From Patescibacteria group bacterium (GTDB taxonomy: Bacteria > Patescibacteriota > SICC01): 64,000 nucleotides of DNA. The notes under the pieces were generated by a model. The model saw only the letters and a list, made by a program, of their open reading frames with translations. It made no database searches and was not told the DNA's origin. A program made the translations under genes and the position numbers. Of this stretch, positions 25,062 to 34,737 are shown one piece after another (position 1 is the stretch's first letter; the number at the start of each line of letters is the position of its first letter). The DNA is taken from assembly GCA_040902515.1 (NCBI GenBank), contig JBBDXB010000006.1, positions 335,814 to 399,813 on the forward strand, given 5' to 3'.

Positions 25062-27851
25062 ATGGCCGCTTCGTCCGCTCATCGCAAGAAACTCGTTCTG
25101 ATCGACGCCCACGCCCTGATCCACCGGGCGTTCCACGCGATCCCGTTCCTGGCCAAGAAGGACGGCGAGCTGATCAACGCCGTCTTCGGCTTCACGGCCA
25201 CCGTGCTCTCGGTGCTTAAGAATCTCAGGCCGGAATACGTGGCGGTGAGCTTCGACCTTCCGGAACCGACGTTCCGGCATGAACAGTACGCGGACTACAA
25301 GGCGACCCGTCAGAAAGCACCGGACGAACTCCGCTCCCAGTTCGGCCGGGTCCGCGAGGTCGTGGAAGCGCTCGGCTTCCCGGTGTTCGAGCAGGCAGGC
25401 TACGAGGCCGACGACGTGCTCGGGTCCCTCGCCAAGCAGTTCAGCCAAAAGCATGACCTCGACGCGTACATCGTCACCGGCGACAAGGACGCGCTCCAGC
25501 TGGTGGATGATCGCGTGCGGATCTTCACGCTCCGGAAAGGCATCAAGGACACGGTGATCTACGACCCGGCCTTGCTCAAGGAGGAGACCGGCCTGACCGC
25601 GGACGAGTTCGTCGAGTACAAGGCGCTCAAGGGAGATCCGTCCGACAACATCCCCGGCGTTCCGGGCATCGGCGACAAGACCGCGACGATCTTGATTCAG
25701 AAGCACGGTACGCTCGAAAGGCTGTACGCGGCACTCGACGAGGACCCGTCGAAGCATCCGGACATCAAACCAAAAGTCCGCGAAAACCTCGCCACGTTCA
25801 GGGATCAGGCGTTTCTTTCCCGCGACCTTTCCCGGATCAAGACCGACATGGAACTGTCGTTCCACCTGCCGGACTGCGTGATCCATGACTTCGACCAGGA
25901 GCGCGCCCTCGCCCTCTTCAAGGAACTGGAGTTCAGTTCGCTCGTTCCGCGGCTCAAGGAGGCAATGACCGTGGAATTGCCGATCGTTAAAGCCGCGGCT
26001 CACGCCGCCGAAGCGGTCGAGCGCGACTTTTCGAAGAAGGACTATCGGATCGTGGCGACCATTGCCGACTTTAAGGCTTTCCTTGCCGAACTGAAGCGGC
26101 AGGAGGTCTTCGCGTTCGATACCGAGACCGACACGCTGGACTCCGTGAAGCCGGTCCTCGTCGGCCTGTCGTTTTCGTGGCAGGCGGATATGGCCTGGTA
26201 TCTCCCGGTCGGCCATGCCGAGGGCCCGAACCTGCCGCTCGTAAAGACGCTGAAGACCCTGACGCCGGTGCTTACCGACGACAAAGTGGGCAAGGTCGGC
26301 CACCACCTCAAGTACGACTACGCGGTGATGCGTGCAGCGGGGATCGAGCTCAAGGGACTGCACTTCGACACGCTGCTCGGCTCCTACCTGCTCAACCCCG
26401 GCGCGCGGACCCTGAACCTCGACAAGCTCGCCTACCAGGAACTGGGATACGAGATGCAGCCGCTCACGGACCTGATCGGCGCTAGTCCGGCCAAGAACCA
26501 GAAACCAGTGTCCGCGGTGCCGGTAGCCGATCTCGCGAACTACGCCGCCGAGGACGCCGACGTCACCTGGCAGCTTTACGAGAAGTTCCGCCCGGAACTG
26601 GAACGGCTGGGACTCACCAGGGTCCACGACGAATTCGAGCTGCCGCTGGTGCCCGTGCTGGCGAAGATGGAGCAGCGCGGCATTCGGATCGACACGGCGT
26701 TCCTGGCCGAGATGGGAGGGCGGTTGGGAAAGCAGTTGGCGACCATCGAGCGGAAGGTCGAGAAGCACTGCGGCCATCCGCTCAATCTCAATTCGCCGCG
26801 GCAGCTGGCGCAGGTCCTCTTCGACGAACTCAAGGTCGGTAAGGGGACGCGTACCCTCGGCGGCGGGCATGCCTCGACGGCGGCCGACAAGCTGGAGAAG
26901 CTCCGCGACGCGCACCCGGTCGTGCCGCTGGTCCTCGAGTACCGTGAGCTCTCGAAGCTGAAGGGCACGTACCTCGATGCCCTGCCGAACCTGGTCCGGA
27001 AGGAGACCGGCCGGCTTCACACCTCGTTCAACCAGACCGTCGCGGCGACCGGCCGGCTCAGCTCCTCGGATCCCAACCTCCAGAACATCCCGATCCGGAC
27101 CGAGGTCGGTCGGCAGATCCGGAAGGCGTTCGTGACCGACCGCGGGATGCGCCTGCTCGCCGCTGACTATTCCCAGTTCGAGCTCCGGATCGCCGCGCAC
27201 ATCTCCGGCGACGAAAGGCTCAAGGAGCACTTCCGGGAGGGGCGGGACATCCATACCGCCACGGCCGCGGAAGTGGCCGGCGTTTCCCAGTCGAAGGTCA
27301 CCCCCGAGCAGCGCTACGCCGCCAAGGCCGTGAACTTCTCGATCCTCTACGGAGCCACCCCGCACGGCGTCGCGCGCAGCACCGGCATGAGCGTCCCCGA
27401 CGCACGGACATACATCGAGCGGTACTTCGAGACCTACCCGAAGCTTCGCGAATACATGGACGCGATGGTCGCGAAGGTCCGGACGGATGGATACGTCGAG
27501 ACGCTATTCGGCCGGCGACGCTACATCCCGGAGATCAACTCCAGTTCGCACCCGATTCGGGAAGCGGCCAAACGGATGGCAATCAACATGCCGATCCAAG
27601 GCACCCAAGCGGACATCCTCAAGTTGGCGATGATCGCGCTTGACCGGAAACTGGCCGGGACGTTTCCCGACACGCATCTGCTGCTGACGGTGCACGACGA
27701 GCTGGTACTGGAGGTCCCGACCGCACGGCTTGTCGCCGCCGCCGCGCTCGTCGAGGAAACCATGCGCGATGCGTACGAGCTGTCCGTGCCGGTGGCGGTA
27801 TCGGTCACGGCAGGCAGGAGCTGGGGCGACCTGAAACCGGTACGGGCCTGA
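25062..27851 (+). CDS. polA: DNA polymerase I
   Basis: 5'-3' exonuclease domain, 3'-5' exonuclease domain, and polymerase motifs A (DYSQIELR), B (RRxAKxxNFGxxYG) and C (HDE). Confidence 0.95.
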   Translation: MAASSAHRKKLVLIDAHALIHRAFHAIPFLAKKDGELINAVFGFTATVLSVLKNLRPEYVAVSFDLPEPTFRHEQYADYKATRQKAPDELRSQFGRVREVVEALGFPVFEQAGYEADDVLGSLAKQFSQKHDLDAYIVTGDKDALQLVDDRVRIFTLRKGIKDTVIYDPALLKEETGLTADEFVEYKALKGDPSDNIPGVPGIGDKTATILIQKHGTLERLYAALDEDPSKHPDIKPKVRENLATFRDQAFLSRDLSRIKTDMELSFHLPDCVIHDFDQERALALFKELEFSSLVPRLKEAMTVELPIVKAAAHAAEAVERDFSKKDYRIVATIADFKAFLAELKRQEVFAFDTETDTLDSVKPVLVGLSFSWQADMAWYLPVGHAEGPNLPLVKTLKTLTPVLTDDKVGKVGHHLKYDYAVMRAAGIELKGLHFDTLLGSYLLNPGARTLNLDKLAYQELGYEMQPLTDLIGASPAKNQKPVSAVPVADLANYAAEDADVTWQLYEKFRPELERLGLTRVHDEFELPLVPVLAKMEQRGIRIDTAFLAEMGGRLGKQLATIERKVEKHCGHPLNLNSPRQLAQVLFDELKVGKGTRTLGGGHASTAADKLEKLRDAHPVVPLVLEYRELSKLKGTYLDALPNLVRKETGRLHTSFNQTVAATGRLSSSDPNLQNIPIRTEVGRQIRKAFVTDRGMRLLAADYSQFELRIAAHISGDERLKEHFREGRDIHTATAAEVAGVSQSKVTPEQRYAAKAVNFSILYGATPHGVARSTGMSVPDARTYIERYFETYPKLREYMDAMVAKVRTDGYVETLFGRRRYIPEINSSSHPIREAAKRMAINMPIQGTQADILKLAMIALDRKLAGTFPDTHLLLTVHDELVLEVPTARLVAAAALVEETMRDAYELSVPVAVSVTAGRSWGDLKPVRA

Positions 27852-27875
27852 GGCTTACGCCGGTATACTGACGGA

Positions 27876-28700
27876 GTGAACGTACGCCGCGAACGCCACC
27901 ACTATGACCCCCTGATGCCATCCGCCGGAAAGGCGGACGTGCATATGCATACCACCGCTTCGGACGGCGCCATGACGCCGCAGCAGCTCCTGGAGCATGT
28001 GGAGCACCGGACCGACCTCGACGTGATCGCGATTACCGACCATGACACGATCGAAGGGGCCCTCGAGGCGAAGCGCCTCCACGAAGAAGGAGATTACAGT
28101 TTCGACCTGATCGTCGGACAGGAGGTCACGTCGTCGGACGGGCACATCCTGGCGCTGTTCATTGAAAAACCGGTTCCCAAGGAACGCTCGGCGGAGGAGA
28201 CGGTCCGCCGCATCCATCAGCAGAACGGCCTGGCGGTGGCGGCCCATCCCTTGCTGGTGATGCGTTACATCGACCCCGACATGCTCACGGCCAACGGGGT
28301 GGGGGCCGACGTCCTGATGGATACGCCGTTCGACGGCGTGGAGATCGTCAACGGCGGGCCGACGATGAAGGACGAGAACGCCCGTGCCCGGCTGCTCAAC
28401 CGGACGGTATTGCTCCGCGCGGAGACCGGTGGATCGGACGCCCATATCCTCGATGCCGTCGGGAAGGGGTATACGTTGTTTCCCGGCCGTCGCGCCACGG
28501 ACTTCCGGCGGGCGATCCGCCAGCGGACGGCGGAAGCGGTCAGTTCGCGGTACCGGGTCCGGGAGCTTCTCCGGTACCTTCGTTTCTTCCTGAAGATGAA
28601 GATCCGGGAAACCGGAAGACGCCTGTTCTCGACGGTGCGCCGGAAGGAGCGCGGGTCGCGCGGCGCACGGCACGCCGCCAAGCGGAGGGAGGCCCGATGA
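27876..28700 (+). CDS. PHP-domain metal-dependent phosphoesterase
   Basis: HMHTTASDG and ITDHDT PHP motifs. Confidence 0.75.
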   Translation: MNVRRERHHYDPLMPSAGKADVHMHTTASDGAMTPQQLLEHVEHRTDLDVIAITDHDTIEGALEAKRLHEEGDYSFDLIVGQEVTSSDGHILALFIEKPVPKERSAEETVRRIHQQNGLAVAAHPLLVMRYIDPDMLTANGVGADVLMDTPFDGVEIVNGGPTMKDENARARLLNRTVLLRAETGGSDAHILDAVGKGYTLFPGRRATDFRRAIRQRTAEAVSSRYRVRELLRYLRFFLKMKIRETGRRLFSTVRRKERGSRGARHAAKRREAR

Positions 28701-29116
28701 CCGCCGGCGGTGCCAAGACGCTTTGGCTGGTGACCGTCGGTCTGGCGGTGCTCTACCTCGGCGTGTGGGCGGTGGGCACGGAAGGCGATTCGGTGGTTCC
28801 CCGTCAGACGGCCCTGCCCGCGGCTGCCGAAGACGCGCCGGGTCGTTCCGCCGAACAGCGGACGGTGTTGGAGGAATCGGCATCCGCCGATGCCGCCGAT
28901 CGCGTGGATTCGCGGGCGACGCTGGAAGTGACCGGCGTGAAGCCGAAGTTCTTCAGCGGTCCCGACCTGCAGCCGGTCGCGTTCGCCGCGCAGGACGCGA
29001 AGGCGGGCTTCGAGATCACGATCCTGGCTCGTGTGGACGGTGAGCCTGTCTCGAAACTGACCTACCATGCCGTACCGCCGGACCGGGTGGTGTTCGTCCG
29101 CCAAGAGGAGCCCTAG
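28697..29116 (+). CDS. hypothetical membrane-anchored protein (139 aa)
   Basis: ATGA overlap with the upstream gene. N-terminal TM helix. Confidence 0.4.
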   Translation: MTAGGAKTLWLVTVGLAVLYLGVWAVGTEGDSVVPRQTALPAAAEDAPGRSAEQRTVLEESASADAADRVDSRATLEVTGVKPKFFSGPDLQPVAFAAQDAKAGFEITILARVDGEPVSKLTYHAVPPDRVVFVRQEEP

Positions 29117-29123
29117 GCCTACC

Positions 29124-30038
29124 GTGCCTGAACTGCCGGAAGTCGAGACGATCCGCCGCGGCCTGGCCGGGGTGTTGCCCGGGAAACGCATCAAGCGGTT
29201 CAGCGTGACGCTGCCGAAGCTCTTCTCGGCCGAGGCGCCAGCGAAACGGATCCATCTCACGGGGGCGACGGTCCTCGACGTCGAGCGACGGGGCAAGGCG
29301 CTGTTGATCCGCTTCTCCGGAGACCGGACCCTGGTGATCCATCTGAAGATGACCGGGCAGCTGATCTACCGGGAACCGTCCCGGAGGCGCGCGCCCGGGA
29401 AGATCCTCCTGGCTGGTGGTCACCCGATCCCCGCCATCGGTGGGGACGGGATGCGGCTGCCCGGCAAGGTGACTCATGCGACCATTACGTTCGACGACGA
29501 CAGTCGCCTGTTCTATAACGACCTCCGGCAGTTCGGCTATCTCAAGCTGGTTTCTACGGAACAAGCCGGCTCGTTGCCGTTCATCGCGGCGTTGGGGCTG
29601 GAACCGCTGGAGCGTTCGTTCACGCTCGGGAAGTTCGAGGAAGTATTGCGCCGCTGTCCGTCCGCGAAACTGAAACCGCTGCTCCTGGACCAGACGGCGG
29701 TCGCCGGATTGGGAAACATCTACGTGGACGAGGCGCTGAATCTGGCCCGGCTGCATCCGCTCCGGACCGCCGGATCGCTTACGAAACCCCAGCGTGTCGT
29801 GCTGCACGCAGCGATCAAGCGGATTCTCCGGGACGCGCTCAGGGCCGGCGGCACCTCCGACAACACGTACGTGACCATTCGCGGCGAGCGCGGCGATTAC
29901 CTCCGGCGAGCGCGGGTGTATCATCGAACCGGAGAACCCTGCCGCCGCTGCGGGACGCCGATCGAGCGGATCGTAGTGGTAGGACGGGGCACCCATATCT
30001 GCCCGCGTTGCCAGCGCTTCCCGCGTGCGGCGAAGTGA
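29124..30038 (+). CDS. mutM: formamidopyrimidine-DNA glycosylase (Fpg/MutM)
   Basis: GTG start followed by PELPEVE (catalytic Pro2), H2TH domain, C-terminal CxxC-x16-CxxC zinc finger. Confidence 0.9.
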   Translation: MPELPEVETIRRGLAGVLPGKRIKRFSVTLPKLFSAEAPAKRIHLTGATVLDVERRGKALLIRFSGDRTLVIHLKMTGQLIYREPSRRRAPGKILLAGGHPIPAIGGDGMRLPGKVTHATITFDDDSRLFYNDLRQFGYLKLVSTEQAGSLPFIAALGLEPLERSFTLGKFEEVLRRCPSAKLKPLLLDQTAVAGLGNIYVDEALNLARLHPLRTAGSLTKPQRVVLHAAIKRILRDALRAGGTSDNTYVTIRGERGDYLRRARVYHRTGEPCRRCGTPIERIVVVGRGTHICPRCQRFPRAAK

Positions 30039-30061
30039 CCGGACAGCCGTCATCATCCGAC

Positions 30062-31021
30062 ATGCTACTCATCATCCACGGTTCCGAACCCTACCTCGTC
30101 CATCGCAAACTTGCGCAGGCGATGGAGAAGGCGCGTACGCAGGATGCCTCCGGCATCAGCCGGCTGCCGGCGGATACGTCGGACATCGGGGCTGCCCGGG
30201 AGGCGCTCCGCGGCGGTTCGCTGTTCAGTGAGCGTTCCGTCGTGGTCCTCCAGGACTGGTTCCGGGAGAAGCCGGCGGAAGAGGCGAACGAGCTGGCCGA
30301 ACTGCTCGGGACCGTTTCGGACGACACCGTGGTGATCGTGGCCGAAGCCGGGGCGGTGGACCGCCGCCGCAAGGCGTTCGCCGAGCTGGTGAAGCGCGCC
30401 GACAAGGCCTGGCGGTTCGACACGATGGATGAGGCGACGGCCGCCCGCTGGCTCGTGAAACGGGCGGCGGCACACGGGGCCGAGCTACCTCCGGGGACCG
30501 CCCGACGGATCGTCGCGACGCTCGGCACCGACGGCTGGACCTTGGCTACCGAGCTCGACAAGCTCACGGCGGCGGCCGGCAAGGCCGGCACGATCACCGA
30601 TGCCTTGGTGAACGACCTGGTCAGCCGCACCGGCACAGCGACGATCTGGGAACTGGTGGACGGGGTGGCGGCCCGGGACTTCCCGAAGGCGCAGTCCGCC
30701 CTGAAGAGCCTGCTCGACTCCGGCGAACCGGCGATCCGCGTCTTCGCGATGGTCGTCCGGCAGTACCGGATCCTGCTTGGGGTCCACGCCGCCGCGGCCG
30801 AGGGCGGCAGTGACGCCGCGATCGGCAAACAGCTCGGGGTGCATCCGTACAGCGTGAAGCAGGCGCGACGCCAGGCGGACCGCTTCAGTGAGGCGGAGCT
30901 CAAGAAGATCTTCGCCGAACTGGTCGAGCAGGACGTGGCCACGAAACGCGGCAAGCGCGATGCGGCCGAGGCGCTCGAACTGTTCGTGGCGGAACGCACG
31001 CAACCCGCTGCCGCGGCGTAA
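30062..31021 (+). CDS. holA: DNA polymerase III delta subunit
   Basis: Length and N-terminal clamp-loader delta-like fold (MLLIIHGSEPYLV…). Followed by a hairpin terminator. Confidence 0.65.
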   Translation: MLLIIHGSEPYLVHRKLAQAMEKARTQDASGISRLPADTSDIGAAREALRGGSLFSERSVVVLQDWFREKPAEEANELAELLGTVSDDTVVIVAEAGAVDRRRKAFAELVKRADKAWRFDTMDEATAARWLVKRAAAHGAELPPGTARRIVATLGTDGWTLATELDKLTAAAGKAGTITDALVNDLVSRTGTATIWELVDGVAARDFPKAQSALKSLLDSGEPAIRVFAMVVRQYRILLGVHAAAAEGGSDAAIGKQLGVHPYSVKQARRQADRFSEAELKKIFAELVEQDVATKRGKRDAAEALELFVAERTQPAAAA

Positions 31022-31025
31022 GGCC

Positions 31026-31047
31026 GCACGGCATCGCGCCGTGCTTT
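31026..31047 (+). terminator. hairpin GCACGGC-ATCGC-GCCGTGC followed by TTT (holA terminator)
   Basis: 7-bp perfect stem immediately after the holA stop. Confidence 0.5.
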
Positions 31048-31272
31048 GCATCGCGACGTCGGTCGGTTATGCTCGGGGCGAAGATGAAACACAAACGAAT
31101 CTGGAAATCCTGACGAGTATCGCGGTCCCGTGCCGCGGCCATGATTCCGTTTGCCATCTCATCGCGAAGCTTCCCAGCCTCCGCCGAACTTGAACGCCAA
31201 CCGTCACCGTCAGGATGACAGCCCAGCGTTCACCGAACCGCACCTCGCGAGCGCGAGGATGTGGGGCCACCC

Positions 31273-31342
31273 GGGACGGACGCGCGACAGGTTCTCAGAA
31301 CCTCTCCCATTCCGAAAACCGCGAACACCGCGCGTCCGTCCC
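31273..31342. other. 14-bp perfect inverted repeat (GGGACGGACGCGCG / CGCGCGTCCGTCCC) enclosing a nested hairpin, in the holA-rpsT convergent spacer
   Basis: Direct pairing check. The loop contains AGGTTC-TCA-GAACCT and, on the minus strand, a CGCG-GUGUU-CGCG hairpin followed by a UUUU run. Confidence 0.5.
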
Positions 31343-31353
31343 TGCCTCTTCCG

Positions 31354-31373
31354 CCTCCTCAGGAGGTCTTTTT
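31354..31373 (+). terminator. plus-strand hairpin CCTCC-TCA-GGAGG followed by a T-run, overlapping the 3' end of rpsT
   Basis: 5-bp stem followed by a U-tract (TCTTTTT). Confidence 0.4.
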
Positions 31374-31736
31374 CGTGGTTTTCGCCGCTGGCTTGGTAGC
31401 GGCCTGCTTCGCCGGCTTCTTGGCGGCCGTCTTCTTCGGCGCGCTCTTCGCGGTACCCTTCGTCACCGGCTTCACGCCAGCTTCTTTCAGGGCTTCCGCC
31501 AGCCGGGCCTTGTGCCGCGCCACCGCCCGCGGATGGATCGCGCGGGTCTTGCCGGCCTTGTCGAGGTACTTCTGCGTAGTCGGGAGCTCCCCGGCGGCCT
31601 CCGATCCCTTCCCGGCCGCGATCAGGGTACGGATCCGCTTCACGGCCGTGCGGGCCCGCGTACGGTGCAGGTTGTTTTCCCGGCTTTGCCGGGCCGCGAC
31701 CTGGACGCGCTTCTTGGCTGACTTGATTTGCGGCAT
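31359..31736 (-). CDS. rpsT: 30S ribosomal protein S20 with C-terminal Ala/Lys-rich histone-H1-like extension
   Basis: MPQIKSAKKRV… S20 core, then about 45 aa of AKK/PAK repeats. Confidence 0.85.
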   Translation of the reverse strand: MPQIKSAKKRVQVAARQSRENNLHRTRARTAVKRIRTLIAAGKGSEAAGELPTTQKYLDKAGKTRAIHPRAVARHKARLAEALKEAGVKPVTKGTAKSAPKKTAAKKPAKQAATKPAAKTTKKTS

Positions 31737-31796
31737 AACGAAATCCAGCTTACCCTGCGCGCGCTTCCGCGTGAAGCCTTGGCTCTCCCTCGGTAC

Positions 31797-31825
31797 TTGA
31801 CTATAGGGCTAAAAAACACTATAAT
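31797..31825 (+). promoter_or_regulatory. consensus sigma70 promoter TTGACT-17-TATAAT upstream of the DHH phosphoesterase gene
   Basis: -35 at 31797-31802, 17-nt A-rich spacer, -10 at 31820-31825. A second, weaker TTGACA-17-TACGCT lies at 31849-31877. Confidence 0.55.
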
Positions 31826-31898
31826 TAAGCAATTTTGCGGGCTGCCGTCATTGACAGTGAGCGACGTGCCCGATACGCTATACAGTCAATTTTCACCC

Positions 31899-33479
31899 AT
31901 GGAACTCAGCCCCAAGCAGCAAGTCACCGAACTGATCCGGAAGTTTTCGAACATCCTGATCGTCACGCACGCCCGGCCCGACGGCGACGCCGTCGGTTCG
32001 GCGCTGGCGATGCAGCATGTGCTCGAGGCGCTCGGCAAGCACCCGACGACGATCATCCTCGACGAAATCCCCGAGATGTACCGGTTCCTGCCCGGCCTGG
32101 ACAAGGTGACCACGCAGCTTTCCGGCAGCCGCGACCTGGTGCTCAGCGTGAACACGACGCACACCAAGGTCGACAAGCTCAAGTACAACACGACCGAGGA
32201 CCGACTCAACGTGGTGGTTTCCCCGAAGGAGGGCCAGTTCGCCGAGAAGGACGTGGAAATCCGGCAAGGCGCGTACAATTTCGACCTCGTGATCGTCCTC
32301 GACGCGCCCGACCTTGACCGGCTCGGCAAGCTCTACGATGAGAATCCGGACCTGTTCTACGAGGCGCCGGTCGTGAACATCGACCATCATCCTTCGAACG
32401 ACTACTTCGGCGCGGTGAACCTGGTCGACCTGACCGCCACCTCCACCGCGGAGGTGCTGGTCGGCGTGATCGAAGCACTCGGCGAATCATTGATGACCGA
32501 GGACGTGGCGACGCTGCTGCTCACCGGCCTGATCACCGACACCGGCAGCTTCCAGAACGCGAACACCACGCCGAAGTCGCTGACCGTGTCCGCGCAGCTC
32601 GTGGCGCAGGGCGGCCGGCAGCAGGAGATCATCCAGCATGTCTACAAGACCAAGCCGCTCTCGACGCTCCGGCTCTGGGGGCGGGCGCTCACGCGGCTGC
32701 AGTATGATCCGGAAACGCGGCTCGTCTGGGCCAGTCTCTCGCACCAGGACTTCCAGGAGACCGGCGGTACCGCGACCGAAGCCAAGGGCGTGATCGATGC
32801 GCTGATGAGTTCGGCACCGGACGCCGAGGTGATCCTGCTGCTCCGCGAGAACGCGGACGGCCGGGTGGACGGCTCGGTCCGGACCACCAAGGGCGTGGAC
32901 GCCACCAAGGTGGTCGGCTTCTGGAACGGCGGCGGTCACAAGGGCGCGGCCGGGTTCGACGTGGACGGTCCGCTGGAAGAGGCGGAGCGCTCGGTGGTGA
33001 CCCAGATCAAGAAGTGGCAGGCGGAGCGGCTGGGCGTGCAAGGCCCGACCGCCACGACGACCTCGCGCCGGTCGCAGACGGCTAACGCGCCCAAGGGGCC
33101 TTCGGAGCCACCGAACGGTGCGCCGGGAGCGTCGATCCGACAAGGGGCGAGCGTGTCTTCCGATGCCCCGCCTCCCCCGGGTCAGGATCGACAAGCGGGA
33201 TCACCGCCACAGCCGGACCGGCAGCAGAACGTACGGCCGCAGTCGCAGCCGCGGCCTGACCAGCCCCGGCGACCTGAATCCGGACAGCAGCGACCGCAGT
33301 CTCCAAGGCCGCAGCCGCCACAGCGACCACAGCAGCCCCCGGCGAATCAGCAACCCGCCCCCCAACGGCCGCTCTCCGACGAGGAATTGGATGCCTACTT
33401 CAAGAAGACTCCGGGTGCCAAAGGACAGGTAATCGACCAGCGCCCGGATAAGAGCCGGGGGAATGATGGCACCGCCTGA
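31899..33479 (+). CDS. DHH-family phosphoesterase (NrnA-like nanoRNase/pAp phosphatase) with ~140-aa Pro/Gln/Arg-rich C-terminal tail
   Basis: DHH motifs (HARPDGDAVGS, NIDHHPSN, GGGH). Start at ATG 31899, in frame with the longer ORF from 31728. Confidence 0.8.
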   Translation: MELSPKQQVTELIRKFSNILIVTHARPDGDAVGSALAMQHVLEALGKHPTTIILDEIPEMYRFLPGLDKVTTQLSGSRDLVLSVNTTHTKVDKLKYNTTEDRLNVVVSPKEGQFAEKDVEIRQGAYNFDLVIVLDAPDLDRLGKLYDENPDLFYEAPVVNIDHHPSNDYFGAVNLVDLTATSTAEVLVGVIEALGESLMTEDVATLLLTGLITDTGSFQNANTTPKSLTVSAQLVAQGGRQQEIIQHVYKTKPLSTLRLWGRALTRLQYDPETRLVWASLSHQDFQETGGTATEAKGVIDALMSSAPDAEVILLLRENADGRVDGSVRTTKGVDATKVVGFWNGGGHKGAAGFDVDGPLEEAERSVVTQIKKWQAERLGVQGPTATTTSRRSQTANAPKGPSEPPNGAPGASIRQGASVSSDAPPPPGQDRQAGSPPQPDRQQNVRPQSQPRPDQPRRPESGQQRPQSPRPQPPQRPQQPPANQQPAPQRPLSDEELDAYFKKTPGAKGQVIDQRPDKSRGNDGTA

Positions 33480-33996
33480 CGGTACGCCTGAGGGAAATCA
33501 CCGGGAGCGCATGGAAGCACTTCCTGATGCTGAAGCGTCCGGACTTTCAAAACGGCTCGAACGCTGCCTGGAGGGACACCCGCACGTCGTACTGAAGCTG
33601 GACGACATGGAACACGGGATCCAGGCTCTCCGGGATGACGAAGGTGACGATGAGATCACCATGGACATCATGCGCGGCCAAGGGGGGTTTGAAGGTATCG
33701 AATTGCGGATCCGTCAGGAGCTGGGCAGCCTGGGTGGTGCTCCTGAAGATACGAAGTACGAAAAAGAACACATCGTATTCCTGGGATACGGCGGACATAC
33801 CATAGACTCGGATATCCATCCCATCAGGGACTCCGGTGACGGTGACGATAGGGATGTGCGCGAGGACCTGGACGCCGAAGTCGCGGCCCTCAAGTTCAAG
33901 ATAGAGCAAGGCCTGTCCGGCCGGCCGTTGCTTCGCGCGGAAGCCGACGATATAGATTTCCTCCTCCGCCACGGTCGGAAGGTATCGCCGAAGTGA
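33463..33996 (+). CDS. hypothetical acidic protein (177 aa)
   Basis: Overlaps the upstream gene by 17 nt. The antisense ORF 33547..34293 is S/T/P-rich and judged spurious. Confidence 0.4.
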   Translation: MMAPPDGTPEGNHRERMEALPDAEASGLSKRLERCLEGHPHVVLKLDDMEHGIQALRDDEGDDEITMDIMRGQGGFEGIELRIRQELGSLGGAPEDTKYEKEHIVFLGYGGHTIDSDIHPIRDSGDGDDRDVREDLDAEVAALKFKIEQGLSGRPLLRAEADDIDFLLRHGRKVSPK

Positions 33997-34021
33997 CCGT
34001 CGGTTCACCGAAACCCTTACA

Positions 34022-34735
34022 ATGATCCTGATGGATGTTCCGGGATTCTTATTGGTGGACAAACCGGCCGGCTGGACCAGCCACGACGTGGTGGCGAAAG
34101 TCCGGGGGATCACGGGGGTCAAGAAGGTGGGGCACGGAGGCACGCTGGATCCGATGGCGACCGGACTGTTGGTGCTGGGGTTCGGCAAAGCCACCAAACA
34201 GCTCGAGCGGTTCATGCAAGGGGACAAGACATATGTGGCCGAGGTAACGCTCGGTGCCACGAGCGACACGGACGACGCGGAAGGTACGGTCACGCCGGCG
34301 AAGCGGCCGGCACGTCCGACCGGAACGGAGGTGGAGGTGACCCTGGGATCGTTCCGCGGGGATTTCCAACAGCTCCCGCCCGTCTATTCTGCGATCAAGA
34401 CGAACGGACGGAAAGCCTACGCGGAAGCGCGGAAAAATAGGACGGTGGAACGGAAACCACGACCTGTCACCGTCCACGAGATGGTCTTGCTGGACTATCG
34501 CTGGCCGTCCATCCGGTTCCGTTGCCGGGTTTCCAAGGGGACGTACGTCCGATCGATCGCACGCGATGTGGGGGAAAAACTGGGCACCGGCGGTTACCTC
34601 AGTGCCTTGCGACGTGAGGCGATCGGGAGCCTGGAGGTCGAGGCAGCGGTCGGTATCGATGCGGTTACGGAACAGTCCTGGCATGGTCTGGTCATTCCGT
34701 CGGAGGATGCTATGATTAACCCGAATCCCGCATAA
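34022..34735 (+). CDS. truB: tRNA pseudouridine(55) synthase
   Basis: GHGGTLDPMATGLLVLGFGKATK catalytic Asp motif. Confidence 0.9.
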   Translation: MILMDVPGFLLVDKPAGWTSHDVVAKVRGITGVKKVGHGGTLDPMATGLLVLGFGKATKQLERFMQGDKTYVAEVTLGATSDTDDAEGTVTPAKRPARPTGTEVEVTLGSFRGDFQQLPPVYSAIKTNGRKAYAEARKNRTVERKPRPVTVHEMVLLDYRWPSIRFRCRVSKGTYVRSIARDVGEKLGTGGYLSALRREAIGSLEVEAAVGIDAVTEQSWHGLVIPSEDAMINPNPA

Positions 34736-34737
34736 CC

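Noticed and set aside
24975-27365. 796-aa minus-strand ORF antisense to polA
   Set aside because: polA on the plus strand has unmistakable polymerase motifs. The antisense product is R/G/P/L-rich with no motifs, the typical high-GC shadow ORF.
31728-31898. 57-codon 5' extension of the DHH phosphoesterase ORF
   Set aside because: It would start inside the rpsT coding region and promoter region. The conserved DHH protein begins at Met 31899, downstream of the consensus promoter.
33547-34293. 248-aa minus-strand ORF overlapping the 177-aa acidic ORF and the truB start
   Set aside because: It is S/T/P/V-rich and overlaps truB (definite) by about 270 nt. Judged spurious.
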